Source of the DNA: Capsulimonadaceae bacterium
GTDB taxonomy: Bacteria; Armatimonadota; Armatimonadia; Armatimonadales; Capsulimonadaceae
Direction: 5' to 3'
DNA length: 64,000 bases
Assembly (NCBI GenBank): GCA_965215505.1
Contig: OZ244065.1
Coordinates: 96,001-160,000 of the forward strand
Shown: positions 1 to 9,450 of the stretch, one piece after another
Layout of the letters: the number at the start of each line of letters is the position of its first letter
Numbering within the stretch: position 1 is the first letter of the stretch
The notes under the pieces: model-generated
What the model saw: the letters and a program-made list of their open reading frames with translations, nothing else
What the model was told of the DNA's origin: nothing
Database searches by the model: none
Made by a program: the position numbers and the translations under genes

Positions 1-1052
1 GTCAGCCGGTCCGCCTCGACGTCTATCGTCTCGACCGCCTCGGCGCGGGCGGCCTCGGGCCAGACGGCCCCGCGCGAACGCAGGCCCGAGGCGGCGGCCT
101 TGATGGCGGCCAGCGGCGTCCGCAGCTCGTGCGAGACGAGCGACAGCAGGGCGTCTTTGAGCGTGTCCGCTTCGCGCAGGGCCGCCCCCAGGGCGGCCTC
201 GTCCGCCAGGGTCTGGCGGGCGATGACGACGGCGGCGTGGTTCGCCAGGGCGAGGATCAACTGCTGGTCCTGTTCGGTGAACGGCCTGCCGTCGGCGCGC
301 GGGCCGACATGGAGTGCGCCGACGAGGCTGCCCTGCGCTCGCAGCGGGACATAGACGCCGATCTCGGAGGCCTTCGGGGCGCGGACGCCGGGGACGTTGA
401 TGCCTTCAAGCGCCTTTGCCCACAAGTGGCGGGCCGCGCCGAACCCGATGACCTGGTAGTGTTCGGCGGCGGCCTGCGAGAGCTGCGCGATCAGCTGGTA
501 CGTCTCGGGCGCGAGCGGCTCGGCGGGGACGGCGGCGACCGGCAGGAGCGCGCCGGTTTCGGTCCGGCGCAGGACCACGCAACGGGTCGCGCGGCACGCC
601 TCCACGATCCGTTCGGCCAGGGCGGGCAGAAGACGGGCCGCTTCCACTTCGGTGCTGATGGCCTCGCTCGCCTCGTACAGCGTCCGGGTCTCGCGCTCGC
701 GGGTCTGGGCGGCTTCGGTCTGATGTCGGGCTTCCGAGGCCAGCCGTGCCGTCGTCACGGCGGCGATGAGGAAGATGACCAGCGAGAGCCAGTCACGCGG
801 GTCGCTCACGGCGAACGTGTAATAGGGCGGCAGGAAGAAGAAGTCCCAGCACAGGAAGCTGAGGACCGCCCCCACCACGGCGGGCGCGAAGCCGAACCGG
901 AGGGCGCAGGCGATCACCACCGGCAGGTACAGGAGCGACACCTGCCCTTTATCCAGCGAGGCGCGCAGCAGCCAGAACGCGCCGGTCGCGGCCAGTGTCC
1001 CGGCCACCGACCACGCGAAGCCGCGCGCGGTGTTCTGGAGAAGCCGACGCAT
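1..1052 (-). CDS. KdpD-like sensor histidine kinase (DUF4118 membrane domain + HisKA), truncated by the window edge
   Basis: Hand translation from ATG at 1052 gives MRRLLQNTARGFAW...CWDFFFLPPYYTFAVSDPRDW (DUF4118-like) and, in the same frame, DALLSLVSHELRTPLAAIKAA (H-box). Not in the ORF track because the stop lies outside the window. Confidence 0.85.
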   Translation of the reverse strand, partial: MRRLLQNTARGFAWSVAGTLAATGAFWLLRASLDKGQVSLLYLPVVIACALRFGFAPAVVGAVLSFLCWDFFFLPPYYTFAVSDPRDWLSLVIFLIAAVTTARLASEARHQTEAAQTRERETRTLYEASEAISTEVEAARLLPALAERIVEACRATRCVVLRRTETGALLPVAAVPAEPLAPETYQLIAQLSQAAAEHYQVIGFGAARHLWAKALEGINVPGVRAPKASEIGVYVPLRAQGSLVGALHVGPRADGRPFTEQDQQLILALANHAAVVIARQTLADEAALGAALREADTLKDALLSLVSHELRTPLAAIKAAASGLRSRGAVWPEAARAEAVETIDVEADRL

Positions 1053-1084
1053 AAAAAGAAAGAGGCCGCCGGGCGGCGGCCTCT
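1053..1084 (-). terminator. Intrinsic terminator after the sugar ABC operon
   Basis: 10-bp stem AGAGGCCGCC/GGCGGCCTCT with 4-nt loop, followed by TTCTTTTT on the minus strand. Confidence 0.7.
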
Positions 1085-1120
1085 GAATGGGTACGGCCCT
1101 GGATGCCGCCGGGGTGGTGC

Positions 1121-2167
1121 TCACGCCCTGACCTTGCCCGCGTTGCGGCGCTTGATCACCTCGTCGGTGATGACGCCCAGCAGGATGACCGCGCCGACGA
1201 CGGCGAAGTTGAGCGAGGACGGGATGCCGAGCAGGTTGACCAGGTTTTGCAGCACCTGCAAGAGAGCGGCCCCGATGAGGATGCCGACGATGGAGCCTTC
1301 CCCGCCGCGCAGGGAACACCCGCCGAGGACGGCGGCGGCGATGCCATACAGCTCATACGACTGGCCGTGCGTGGACGGGGAGATCGAGTTGGTATAAAAG
1401 GCGATCAGGATGGCAGCCAGGCCCGCCAGCAGGCCCGAGATCACATAAGCCCCGGCGATGATGCGGCGCGAGTTGACGCCGGAGTAACGCGCCGCCTCCT
1501 CGTTCCGGCCTACGGCATACAGGTAGCGGCCGTAGACGGAGCGGTGCAGGACGATTCCCATGACGAGGGCGGTTATCAGCAGCAGCACGAACGGGACGGG
1601 GACGCCCAGGATGCTCCCCGTCGCCAGGATTTGCAGCGTCTTGAACCCGTGCGAATCCCCGAACCCCATGGTGCCGTCGTTGGCGATGAACCGGGCGATG
1701 CCCCGATAGAAGAGCAGGCCGCACAGGGTCACGATGAACGGCTGCAAGCCCACGCGCGTTATCAGGAAGCCGTGAAACAGGCCGATCACGGCACCGCCGG
1801 CGAGGATGCCCAGGACGGCCAGCGGCCAGGGCCAGTGCCACTCGGTCAGCATCATGGACAGGATCACGCCCAGCAGGGCGAAGAGGGAGCCGACCGACAG
1901 GTCAATGCCGCCGGTGATGATCACGATCCCCAGGCCGATGCTGAAGATGCCGTACAGCCCGATCAGTTGGGACGTATTCTGGAGGTTATCAACATGGATG
2001 AACGTCCCGTGGGACATGACGGTGACGAAGATACACAGCACCAGCAGCAGCACGAAGATGCCCAGTTCTTTGCTCGCGACGGCTACGGGTAGGCGCGGGC
2101 CGGCGGGCCGTGTCGGCAGGCTGGGCATCCCCTGGCCGTCACCCGGACTTGTTTTTTGCTCGATCAT
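1121..2167 (-). CDS. Sugar ABC transporter permease (RbsC/BPD_transp_2 family)
   Basis: IITGGIDLSVGS, GRYLYAVGRNEEAARYSGV and IAAAVLGGCSLRGGEG motifs. Confidence 0.95.
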   Translation of the reverse strand: MIEQKTSPGDGQGMPSLPTRPAGPRLPVAVASKELGIFVLLLVLCIFVTVMSHGTFIHVDNLQNTSQLIGLYGIFSIGLGIVIITGGIDLSVGSLFALLGVILSMMLTEWHWPWPLAVLGILAGGAVIGLFHGFLITRVGLQPFIVTLCGLLFYRGIARFIANDGTMGFGDSHGFKTLQILATGSILGVPVPFVLLLITALVMGIVLHRSVYGRYLYAVGRNEEAARYSGVNSRRIIAGAYVISGLLAGLAAILIAFYTNSISPSTHGQSYELYGIAAAVLGGCSLRGGEGSIVGILIGAALLQVLQNLVNLLGIPSSLNFAVVGAVILLGVITDEVIKRRNAGKVRA

Positions 2168-3714
2168 AGATTCCCCTTCGCCGTCTGGCCGACGGCGAGC
2201 TGCATTACGGTCTCCTCGGAAGCCTCGGCGCGCGTGACGAAGCCGCTAATGCGGCCCTCGTGCATGACCGCGATGCGGTCGCTCTGGCCGAGCACTTCCT
2301 CCATGTCGCTGCTGATCATGAGGACCGCAACGCCTTCCTTCGCCAGCCCGCGCATGAGTTCGTAGATCTCCGCCTTCGCGCCGACATCGATGCCGCGCGT
2401 CGGCTCGTCGAAGATCATCACCTTCGGCTCCAGCGACAGCCACTTGGCGAGGACGACCTTCTGCTGGTTGCCGCCCGACAGGTTGCGCGCCAGAAAGCCC
2501 ACCGAGGGCGTCTTGACCCGGAGCGACTGGCTGGCCCGCTGGGCCACCGTCGTCTCGCGCCCCTTCTGGACCAGGCCGCCCGGCGCGTAGCGCGTCAGGA
2601 CGGGCATGGTGATGTTGTCGCGGATCGTCATGTCCACGATCAGCCCGGACCGCCGGCGGTCTTCGGGCGCGAGGTAGATCCCCTGACGGATGGCGTCCCG
2701 CGGCGAGCGGACGGCGAGCGTCTGCCCGTCCAGCGTCAAAGCTCCCCCGAGTGACGGGTCCACGCCGAAGATGGCCTGGGCGACTTCGGAGCGGCCCGCG
2801 CCGACCAGGCCCGCCATGCCCAGGATCTCGCCCGCCCCGATCTCGAAGTTGACTTCTTGAGTCGGGTAGCGCCGCGTCCGCAGCCCGCGCACGGTGAACC
2901 GGGTCGGCTTCGGAGCCGGGTTCGCCGGGGCCTGGAACTTCTCCAGGTCGCGCCCGACCATCAGGCTGACCATCCGGTCGTGGCTGATCTCGTCCCGGCT
3001 CAGGCCCCCGGCGTTCCGTCCGTCGCGCAGGCCGACCACCCGGTCCGCCATCTCCTTCACCTCGCCCAGTCGGTGCGAGATGTAGATGATCGAGACGCCG
3101 CGCGCGCGCAGCTCCTTCACCACCTGGATCAGCCGCTCCGTCTCGGTCAGGGTCAGGGACGAGGTCGGCTCGTCCATGATCAGGATGCGCGCCTGGAGCG
3201 AGAGGGTCTTTGCGATCTCGACCATCTGCTGCTGGGCCAGCGCGAGCTGGTTCAGCGGGGTCGCGCTGGAGACGTTCAGCCCGAGCTGATCCAGGTAGGG
3301 CTGCGTCTCGGCCCGCATCCGTGCGCGGTCCAGCAGGCGGAGCGGCCCGCCCATCGTCGGCTCCCGGCCCAGGAAGACGTTGCCGGCCACGTCTATGTTG
3401 TCCAGGACGTTGAGTTCCTGATGGATGAAGCCGACGCCCGCGCGCGTCGAGTCCTTGACCGACTGAATCACGGTCGGCTGGCCGGCGATCTTGATGACCC
3501 CCTCGTCCGGCTGGTGGACTCCGCCCAGGATCTTCATCAGGGTGGACTTGCCCGCGCCGTTCTCGCCGATGAGGGCGACGACCTCGCCGGGCCAGACCGA
3601 GAGGCTGACGCCTTTCAGTGCCTGCACCCCAGCGAAGCGCTTGGAGATGCCCTCCATCTCCAGGAGCGGAGCGGCCCCGGCTTCCGGTCCGGGGGCCGCG
3701 TAGGCTTCCGCCAT
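2164..3714 (-). CDS. Sugar ABC transporter ATP-binding protein (RbsA-like, two NBDs)
   Basis: GENGAGKST, LSGGNQQK, DEPTRGIDVGAK. Real start is MAEAYAAP at 3714; the longer ORF-track N-terminus is a shadow frame of the upstream gene. Confidence 0.95.
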   Translation of the reverse strand: MAEAYAAPGPEAGAAPLLEMEGISKRFAGVQALKGVSLSVWPGEVVALIGENGAGKSTLMKILGGVHQPDEGVIKIAGQPTVIQSVKDSTRAGVGFIHQELNVLDNIDVAGNVFLGREPTMGGPLRLLDRARMRAETQPYLDQLGLNVSSATPLNQLALAQQQMVEIAKTLSLQARILIMDEPTSSLTLTETERLIQVVKELRARGVSIIYISHRLGEVKEMADRVVGLRDGRNAGGLSRDEISHDRMVSLMVGRDLEKFQAPANPAPKPTRFTVRGLRTRRYPTQEVNFEIGAGEILGMAGLVGAGRSEVAQAIFGVDPSLGGALTLDGQTLAVRSPRDAIRQGIYLAPEDRRRSGLIVDMTIRDNITMPVLTRYAPGGLVQKGRETTVAQRASQSLRVKTPSVGFLARNLSGGNQQKVVLAKWLSLEPKVMIFDEPTRGIDVGAKAEIYELMRGLAKEGVAVLMISSDMEEVLGQSDRIAVMHEGRISGFVTRAEASEETVMQLAVGQTAKGNL

Positions 3715-3716
3715 GT

Positions 3717-4748
3717 CTAGCCCCCCATCTTCTTCTTCTGGTCGGCCATGTAGGCGGCGAGGGTGTCCTTCTTGATGGCCTGGGTCGGGACGATGATCAG
3801 CTTGTTCGCGGGGATGCCGCTCTTGTCGCCCTTGGCGAGCTGGTTCAGCATCTTGATGGACTGATAGCCGAAGGCGTAGGGGTCCTGGACGATGGTCCCG
3901 TAGATCGTCCCGTCCTGGATTCCGGTCATCGTGTCGGTTTCCTGGTCGAAGGCGACGATCTTGACCTTGCCCTCCTTGTGCGCGCCCTTGACGGCGCTGT
4001 AGATCGCCGGCCCATTGTAGCTCCAGATGCCGACCATGCCGACGACGTCCGGCATGCTGACCAGGGCGTCGGCGGCGTTCTGCTTGGCGCGGGCGTGGTC
4101 GGAGTCGTCGGTGCGGACGCCCGCGACCGTGATGTTGCTGCCCTTCAGGGCGTCCTCGATGCCGGAGATGCGGTCGTGGGCGTTCTGGGCGTCGGCGGCC
4201 CCGACGAACATGAGGATCTTGCCGCCCTGGGGCAACGCTTCCTTGATCAGCCCGCCCGCCATGACGCCCGCCGCATGGTTGTCCGTGCCGATGTAGCACA
4301 GCCGGTTGGAGGAGGCGGCGTCGCTGTCGGAGGTGATCAGGTTCGTCTTGGCGGCGACGGTGTTCAGGAAGTCGGTCTCGTTGGCCGGGTCCTTGGGGCT
4401 GATGGCGATGCCCTTGACGCCCTTGGCGATGAGGTCGTTGACGTCCTGTTTCTGCATGGCGGCGGAGCCGTCGGCGGGCATGACGAACTGCGGGGTCGGG
4501 ATGCCCAGTTCTTTCGCGGCGGCGTCCGTGCCCTTGTGGCAGATGGTCCAGTAGTCGGACGGGTTGTTCGTGACGAAAGCGAGCTGGACGCCGCCCCCGC
4601 CGCCTGCGCCCCCGCCGGCTGCGGTGCCGCCGGTGGTCGCGGTCGTGCCGCCCCCGCCCGAGTTGTTGTGGCAGCCCGCGAGCAGCATCATGGCGAGCGC
4701 GCACGCGCCGAGGGTGGTGGGTCGGCGGAACAGTGATTGGGTGGTCAA
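3717..4748 (-). CDS. Sugar ABC transporter substrate-binding lipoprotein
   Basis: Lipobox LLAGC; Peripla_BP-type motifs (GIAISP, YIGTDN, IVQDPYAFGY); TTG start preceded by AAGGAG. Confidence 0.9.
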   Translation of the reverse strand: MTTQSLFRRPTTLGACALAMMLLAGCHNNSGGGGTTATTGGTAAGGGAGGGGGVQLAFVTNNPSDYWTICHKGTDAAAKELGIPTPQFVMPADGSAAMQKQDVNDLIAKGVKGIAISPKDPANETDFLNTVAAKTNLITSDSDAASSNRLCYIGTDNHAAGVMAGGLIKEALPQGGKILMFVGAADAQNAHDRISGIEDALKGSNITVAGVRTDDSDHARAKQNAADALVSMPDVVGMVGIWSYNGPAIYSAVKGAHKEGKVKIVAFDQETDTMTGIQDGTIYGTIVQDPYAFGYQSIKMLNQLAKGDKSGIPANKLIIVPTQAIKKDTLAAYMADQKKKMGG

Positions 4749-4792
4749 GAGTTTCTCCTTTGGCTCATTCCGAGGTGTAAAATAGGAAGTGC

Positions 4793-7291
4793 TTATGTTA
4801 GATTCGACGCCGACTGCCTTTCCACCTTCCATTCCAGGACGCCGCCGGAAAATCCGTCCTGCAACTGGATTTCGAGCTTCAGCGCGGTCGTGGTGACGAC
4901 GGGGAACGTGACCCGATTATACCCGTCCTCGTCCGTGCCATAGGCCGTCGCCGCCACGATTGGCTTGAACGTGTCGCCGTCTTTGTACAACAGCCGCCAG
5001 GACTTCGGGACGCGGCAGCCGCCGCCGCCCGCAGCGTCGTCGAACCAGTAGACCGAGACGCCCGACATGTGGACGGGACGGGGATAGTCGTACTGCACCC
5101 ACTCGGGCGTGCCCTTGTGGTCCCAGAAGGTCAGGCGCGGGACGGCCTGGTCGTTCGAGTCCTTCGGCTCCACGCCGTCCGCCACGGCACTGATGTCGTC
5201 GTGGATGAAGGACGCCGAGATCGCCATTTCGGGTTTGACGGGTGCCACCCACTCGTGCGCGTCCGGGCCGGTGCCGACGGTGGGGAAGGACGTGATCCGC
5301 AGGCGGGCCGCGCCCATCGGGATCAGCGTCACCGTTTCGACCGGCTGGGCCGTCCGGGCGGGGGAGGGCTGGAGGACGGAGACGACGTCGTGCCGGTCGG
5401 CCTGCCAGTTCGGAATGATGCGCGCCTTCGCCCGCAGCTCGACGGGGCTTGAGGCATGGGTCCAGGGGTTGTCGGACGGTCGCCCGCCCTTCCGCATTAT
5501 GTCAAAGGACTGTGCCGGGTTCGTTTTGTCCAATTCCAAGCCATAGTTCCAGGCGGAGTTCGGATAGACCTCGTATTCCGGCCACCGCTCCGTCCCGGCG
5601 TAGCGGTGCCACTTCTCACGGATCGCGAGCGAGTAGGTCAGCGGGCCGTGGTCAACCGAAACGGAGTCCTGGTTCTTCTCCCACGTCCGGACCGAGACGG
5701 CCATCGGTAGGTGCAGGGAGACGCTGTCGCCGGCCTGCCACTCGCGCTCCACAACGACGTAGCACTGCGCCCCGGCCCGGACCGCGACCGGCTTGCCGTT
5801 CACGCGGACGGTGGGCGCGCTGCACCATCCGGGGACGCGCAGGTATAGCGGGAACGAAACTGCCTGGGGCGCGTCTATTCTGAAGTTCACGGTGTCGCCG
5901 AACGGGTACTCCGTCTCCTGAGTCAGCGTCACCGACTGCCCATCGCCGACGCGGGCGCGGACCTCGGACGCGCCGTAGAGGGAGGCGCACAGGCCGCCGT
6001 CGGTCGTCGCCAGCCACATCTCCTGGGCGTAATAGGGCCAGCCCATGCCGTAGTTGTGCGGGCAGCAGCGGTAGTCGTGGATGCCGGGCTTTAACGCCTG
6101 CATCGGGAAGCCGTTCTGGAAGTCATTGCCCTTGGGCGTGTTGTCGAGCTGGATAGAATTGGCGCTGGTGATGTAGTGCGTCACCTTGCCCAACGGGTCG
6201 AAGGCGGCGGGCAGAGAGTTGAACGCGATGTACTCACAGCGGTCGGCCCAGAGCGGGTCGCCCGAAATGCGGGTCAGCATCTCGAAGGAGTGCATGAACT
6301 CGACGATGCCGCACGTCTCGAAGCCCTGGCGCGGGTCGCCGAAGCCGGGCCGGCTGTTCTCGTCGCCCGCGAACCCGCCGCCGGCGAACTGGCCGTAGAG
6401 GTCCATGACGTGGTCGTAGTTGCGGTAGACGGCGTCCAGGTGCCGCGCCTCTTTGGACTGGAGCCAGAACTGGGCAGGCTCCCGGAAGCCCTGGGAGACG
6501 TTGACGTTGTGCCAGGTCGGCATCCCGTTTGTGTAGTCCGCCGAGTTCTCGTGGATTCGTTTCGCCAGGTCCAGCAGCCACGTCCCCCCGGTGCGGTTAT
6601 ACAGCCAGTGGATGGTCTCGATGTTGTCGCCCCACCGCGCGCCCGCCCAGCTCTTGATGAACTGGCCCGCCGCAACCTGGTCCTGGAACTGGAAGTACTT
6701 GGTCAGGAAGGTGAAGACGTGCGTGTCGCCCGTATACTCGTGGTACGACTGCAAGGCGTTCAGGATCGGCATGTGCGGCCACATGTCCGGCCCGCCGTCG
6801 AGCGAGGTCCGCAGGTTCTTCGGCCCGAACCAGCCGTCCGGCGACTGACTCGCCATGATGCCATGCACCCACTTCGTCGCCAGCGCGATGATGCGCGGGT
6901 CGCCCAGGACATAGCCCAGGTCGCCGAACCCGCGCAGCCAGTACGGCACTTCCTCCCAGCCGTCCGACGAGTCCGCGTCCACCCAGCCGTTCCCCTCGTA
7001 CTTCAAATAGTCCGAGACTTCGGGCATTCGCCCGCACAAGCCCTCGGCCTGGAGCAAGAGCTGCTGCCGTATCCACCCCTTCGGCGTGACACTCCCCGTC
7101 GGCAGCTTGGTGAAGGCGGTCGGCGTCAGCGGCGCACGGTTGGGCGTGTAAAACCCGCCCGCCGCCGGCTTGGCCTGGCGCATCGTGCGCGCCCCGTCGG
7201 TCGTGGCCTTGGCCTGTCCGGCGGCACCGCTGGCTAACACGGCCCCGCCTGCGGCGGCGAAGCCCTTTTTCAGAAAATCACGTCGTTTCAA
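4793..7291 (-). CDS. GH127/GH146-family beta-L-arabinofuranosidase-like hydrolase with Tat signal and C-terminal discoidin/F5-8-like domain
   Basis: KRRDFLK Tat motif; ETC and CCPHN Zn/Cys motifs; ETEYPF, LRVPGW, LIPMGAARLRIT. Confidence 0.9.
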   Translation of the reverse strand: MKRRDFLKKGFAAAGGAVLASGAAGQAKATTDGARTMRQAKPAAGGFYTPNRAPLTPTAFTKLPTGSVTPKGWIRQQLLLQAEGLCGRMPEVSDYLKYEGNGWVDADSSDGWEEVPYWLRGFGDLGYVLGDPRIIALATKWVHGIMASQSPDGWFGPKNLRTSLDGGPDMWPHMPILNALQSYHEYTGDTHVFTFLTKYFQFQDQVAAGQFIKSWAGARWGDNIETIHWLYNRTGGTWLLDLAKRIHENSADYTNGMPTWHNVNVSQGFREPAQFWLQSKEARHLDAVYRNYDHVMDLYGQFAGGGFAGDENSRPGFGDPRQGFETCGIVEFMHSFEMLTRISGDPLWADRCEYIAFNSLPAAFDPLGKVTHYITSANSIQLDNTPKGNDFQNGFPMQALKPGIHDYRCCPHNYGMGWPYYAQEMWLATTDGGLCASLYGASEVRARVGDGQSVTLTQETEYPFGDTVNFRIDAPQAVSFPLYLRVPGWCSAPTVRVNGKPVAVRAGAQCYVVVEREWQAGDSVSLHLPMAVSVRTWEKNQDSVSVDHGPLTYSLAIREKWHRYAGTERWPEYEVYPNSAWNYGLELDKTNPAQSFDIMRKGGRPSDNPWTHASSPVELRAKARIIPNWQADRHDVVSVLQPSPARTAQPVETVTLIPMGAARLRITSFPTVGTGPDAHEWVAPVKPEMAISASFIHDDISAVADGVEPKDSNDQAVPRLTFWDHKGTPEWVQYDYPRPVHMSGVSVYWFDDAAGGGGCRVPKSWRLLYKDGDTFKPIVAATAYGTDEDGYNRVTFPVVTTTALKLEIQLQDGFSGGVLEWKVERQSASNLT

Positions 7292-7330
7292 TGCGCTGTT
7301 GGTTCCTTAAGGTGTATCACGAGCAGACCC

Positions 7331-7349
7331 TGCCATGAATGGCACGGCT
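7331..7349. repeat. Single REP-like palindrome (same family as 21301-21450)
   Basis: TGCCATGAATGGCACGGCT is identical over 19 nt to 21307-21325. Confidence 0.75.
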
Positions 7350-7552
7350 TATGTCCCATCCGGCACGCTCCACTTGTATTCGGGCCGCCGCTCCGGGTGC
7401 CACTGCACACGCGGGGGCGGCGTCGCTTCAGGCTGCTGGAAGGGCTGCCAGACCGGCTGGGGCGGCATGAAAATGACCGTTTCCCGCGCGAGGCGCTGTT
7501 GCGCTTCGCGCACGGCTTCTTCTATTCCTAGGTGATCCATCATGCTGTTCAT
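7349..7552 (-). CDS. Small Pro/Gln-rich hypothetical protein
   Basis: ATG 2 nt after the stop of the upstream ORF, with AAGG upstream; no recognisable motif. Confidence 0.45.
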   Translation of the reverse strand: MNSMMDHLGIEEAVREAQQRLARETVIFMPPQPVWQPFQQPEATPPPRVQWHPERRPEYKWSVPDGT

Positions 7553-7554
7553 CA

Positions 7555-8304
7555 CTACACCTTCTGTTGCCCATGCAAAGATAACGAGGAGTCGTGGCTG
7601 CCATTCGACAACAGCCACTTCCGCATATCTACTTCCCCAGTAACACATCCATCACGTTCTATACACCAAAGGGGCGTCCAAGTTCTGTAAGCATTAGAAA
7701 CGAAGATTTGGAAAAATACTGGATCGCTTTGTATGGCGTGTCGGAGATAGTTCAACTCATGGATTTTCAGGACACGCGGCTCACTCGTGGAAAATCCCAC
7801 GGAATATTGATCGGGGAAGAAGAGTGCATTCGACGTTGCCTCACAGCGCCAGAAGTAGCCGCCGTTCGGTGATCCATCTGCCCATTCTCTCTTGAATGCC
7901 TTGCGTACTTCGGTGATTTTTGCCTGAACCCATCCCGTAGTCCCGAAATGCCCCGACGAATCGCCGATATAAACAGCAACCAAATCATCCTTATGAAATG
8001 TTTCCACCCGCAAGCGAGGAAGCACAGGTTTCTGGGAGGAGTTGGACAGATACCCGGATAGTTGATTAATCCCTCGGGCCAGCTCACGGAGTTCTGTATA
8101 ATCGGCATTCGCCGCCATCAACTTCTGAACTGTTTCTTGAGCGAGCTGAATGAGACGCTGGGTATTGGCAATACCGAGGCCGGCGATTTGTTCCCATCCC
8201 GTAATGCCTTGAAGCCGATGGTGCTGCTCGCCAAAGAGAGTGTCTAAAGCAGGTAAATCCTGGCCCACTGCCTCATTCATAGGTGCCGCTTTCTGCTCGT
8301 TCAT
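7555..8304 (-). CDS. Hypothetical protein (lower GC than flanks; possible SH3/Tudor-like barrel)
   Basis: 249-aa ORF with protein-like composition; FHKDDLVAVY...GWVQAKITEV resembles an SH3-fold pattern. Confidence 0.65.
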   Translation of the reverse strand: MNEQKAAPMNEAVGQDLPALDTLFGEQHHRLQGITGWEQIAGLGIANTQRLIQLAQETVQKLMAANADYTELRELARGINQLSGYLSNSSQKPVLPRLRVETFHKDDLVAVYIGDSSGHFGTTGWVQAKITEVRKAFKREWADGSPNGGYFWRCEATSNALFFPDQYSVGFSTSEPRVLKIHELNYLRHAIQSDPVFFQIFVSNAYRTWTPLWCIERDGCVTGEVDMRKWLLSNGSHDSSLSLHGQQKV

Positions 8305-8409
8305 TGGTTTGTGCTTGTTTCTTGATTACGCTTAATGTGAAATGATCTGGCCTTGTTCTGACTCAGAACGAGAGATCAGCCAGTCTGAGGGGCGAGTGCC
8401 GCTGCTCCC

Positions 8410-8477
8410 GGCTAACACGGCCCCGTCTGCGGCGGCCAGGCCCTTTTTCAGACCTTTTTTCAGAACATCACGACGTT
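8410..8477 (-). repeat. Decayed duplicate of the 5' end (Tat signal) of the GH127 gene
   Basis: Matches 7232-7287: 40/43 nt, then a 12-nt tandem duplication, then 11/13 nt; encodes ERRDVLKKGLKKGLAAADGAVLA versus KRRDFLKKGFAAAGGAVLA. Confidence 0.85.
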
Positions 8478-8516
8478 CCCTGTTCCCCAACCTCCTTCAT
8501 GTCCAGCTTTACGCGG

Positions 8517-9020
8517 TCATGCGTGCGTCAGGAGATTTTCCATATGACCCGTCAATCGAAAGATGTCCCGCCTATGCCATATATCACGGCCTTTGTCCCG
8601 CACGAAGAGAACTGCAATGCCGGCATCTTCCAGGGAAGAGGAGCCAAAGCCATCCTCGGGGACAGACAATTCAACACCGATGCCGATGGCCTCCGCCTCG
8701 GGTATTCCCTGACAGGCGACGGCAAGAGGCAGAAGAAGAAGGTCAAGCGGCTTCCCACTCCGCTTCGTCAGAAGGACGGTCGCTTCCTCGTCAAACTCCA
8801 CGAAGACTGCGGTGGAACGGCTCTCATGCATCCCCTGCGCGAAGAGCAGCCCCTCCGCCTGCTCGCCCGCGAGTGTCGCCCGAACAAGCCACTGGTGATC
8901 TTTCTGACGCGCCACTGCCACCAGCGTTTCCAGGGCAAGGAGGACACGCTGCATGGCCGCCTGTGGGTCGGTCATCCGAACGATGACCAGGCAGCCGACT
9001 GTCGGACCCGATCCAATCAT
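8517..9020 (-). CDS. Hypothetical protein, candidate immunity/antitoxin partner
   Basis: 167-aa ORF whose ATG overlaps the stop of 9017-9322 (ATGA coupling); acidic/hydrophobic composition. Confidence 0.6.
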   Translation of the reverse strand: MIGSGPTVGCLVIVRMTDPQAAMQRVLLALETLVAVARQKDHQWLVRATLAGEQAEGLLFAQGMHESRSTAVFVEFDEEATVLLTKRSGKPLDLLLLPLAVACQGIPEAEAIGIGVELSVPEDGFGSSSLEDAGIAVLFVRDKGRDIWHRRDIFRLTGHMENLLTHA

Positions 9021-9322
9021 TTGATCTTCACCCCGGTGCGATAATGGCTTAGTTGTGCCGGCGAGGCATGACGCCAGGTTGATTCAAAAGTCCCATCCAG
9101 ATGTGTCACGACGACCTCCGTACCTGTGATGTGAAAGAGGCGGTTTCCCCGTGTGCCGTAGGGAGCACGCCAGATCTCAGACGCATTCGCGATGTGATCC
9201 GCGATGTGCTGCCCGAACGCGCTTAGTTGCTCCGGAGTGGGATTCCCGCTTGGCACCTGAATGCCCCAGTCGCTTCCGCGCCGTGCCGGAATGCTCTTCA
9301 GTTTGTTCAGGTACTCAGCCAT
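9017..9322 (-). CDS. Colicin D C-terminal (tRNase)-like small protein
   Basis: DWGI...EQLSAFGQHIADH...PYG...VVVTHLDGTFESTWR...QLSHYRTG resembles the colicin-D nuclease domain pattern as recalled; not verified by search. Confidence 0.55.
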   Translation of the reverse strand: MAEYLNKLKSIPARRGSDWGIQVPSGNPTPEQLSAFGQHIADHIANASEIWRAPYGTRGNRLFHITGTEVVVTHLDGTFESTWRHASPAQLSHYRTGVKIK

Positions 9323-9450
9323 GACATCCGTGTTCCGGCAGTCGAGATCAGCCGTGCCGATGTTCCATTTTGGAGAAGCTAGACAATCATTCTACTGCAT
9401 CCAGCACGAAACCCGCGCCATTGGCCTTGAAATCGCCCCTCCAAACCCCG

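Noticed and set aside
3715..4704. 846-aa ORF suggesting an ABC ATPase with a long N-terminal extension
   Set aside because: The Arg-rich extension is an alternate frame of the binding-protein gene; the real start is 3714
8499..9044. Plus-strand 181-aa ORF
   Set aside because: The opposite-strand ORF 8517-9020 is translationally coupled and more protein-like
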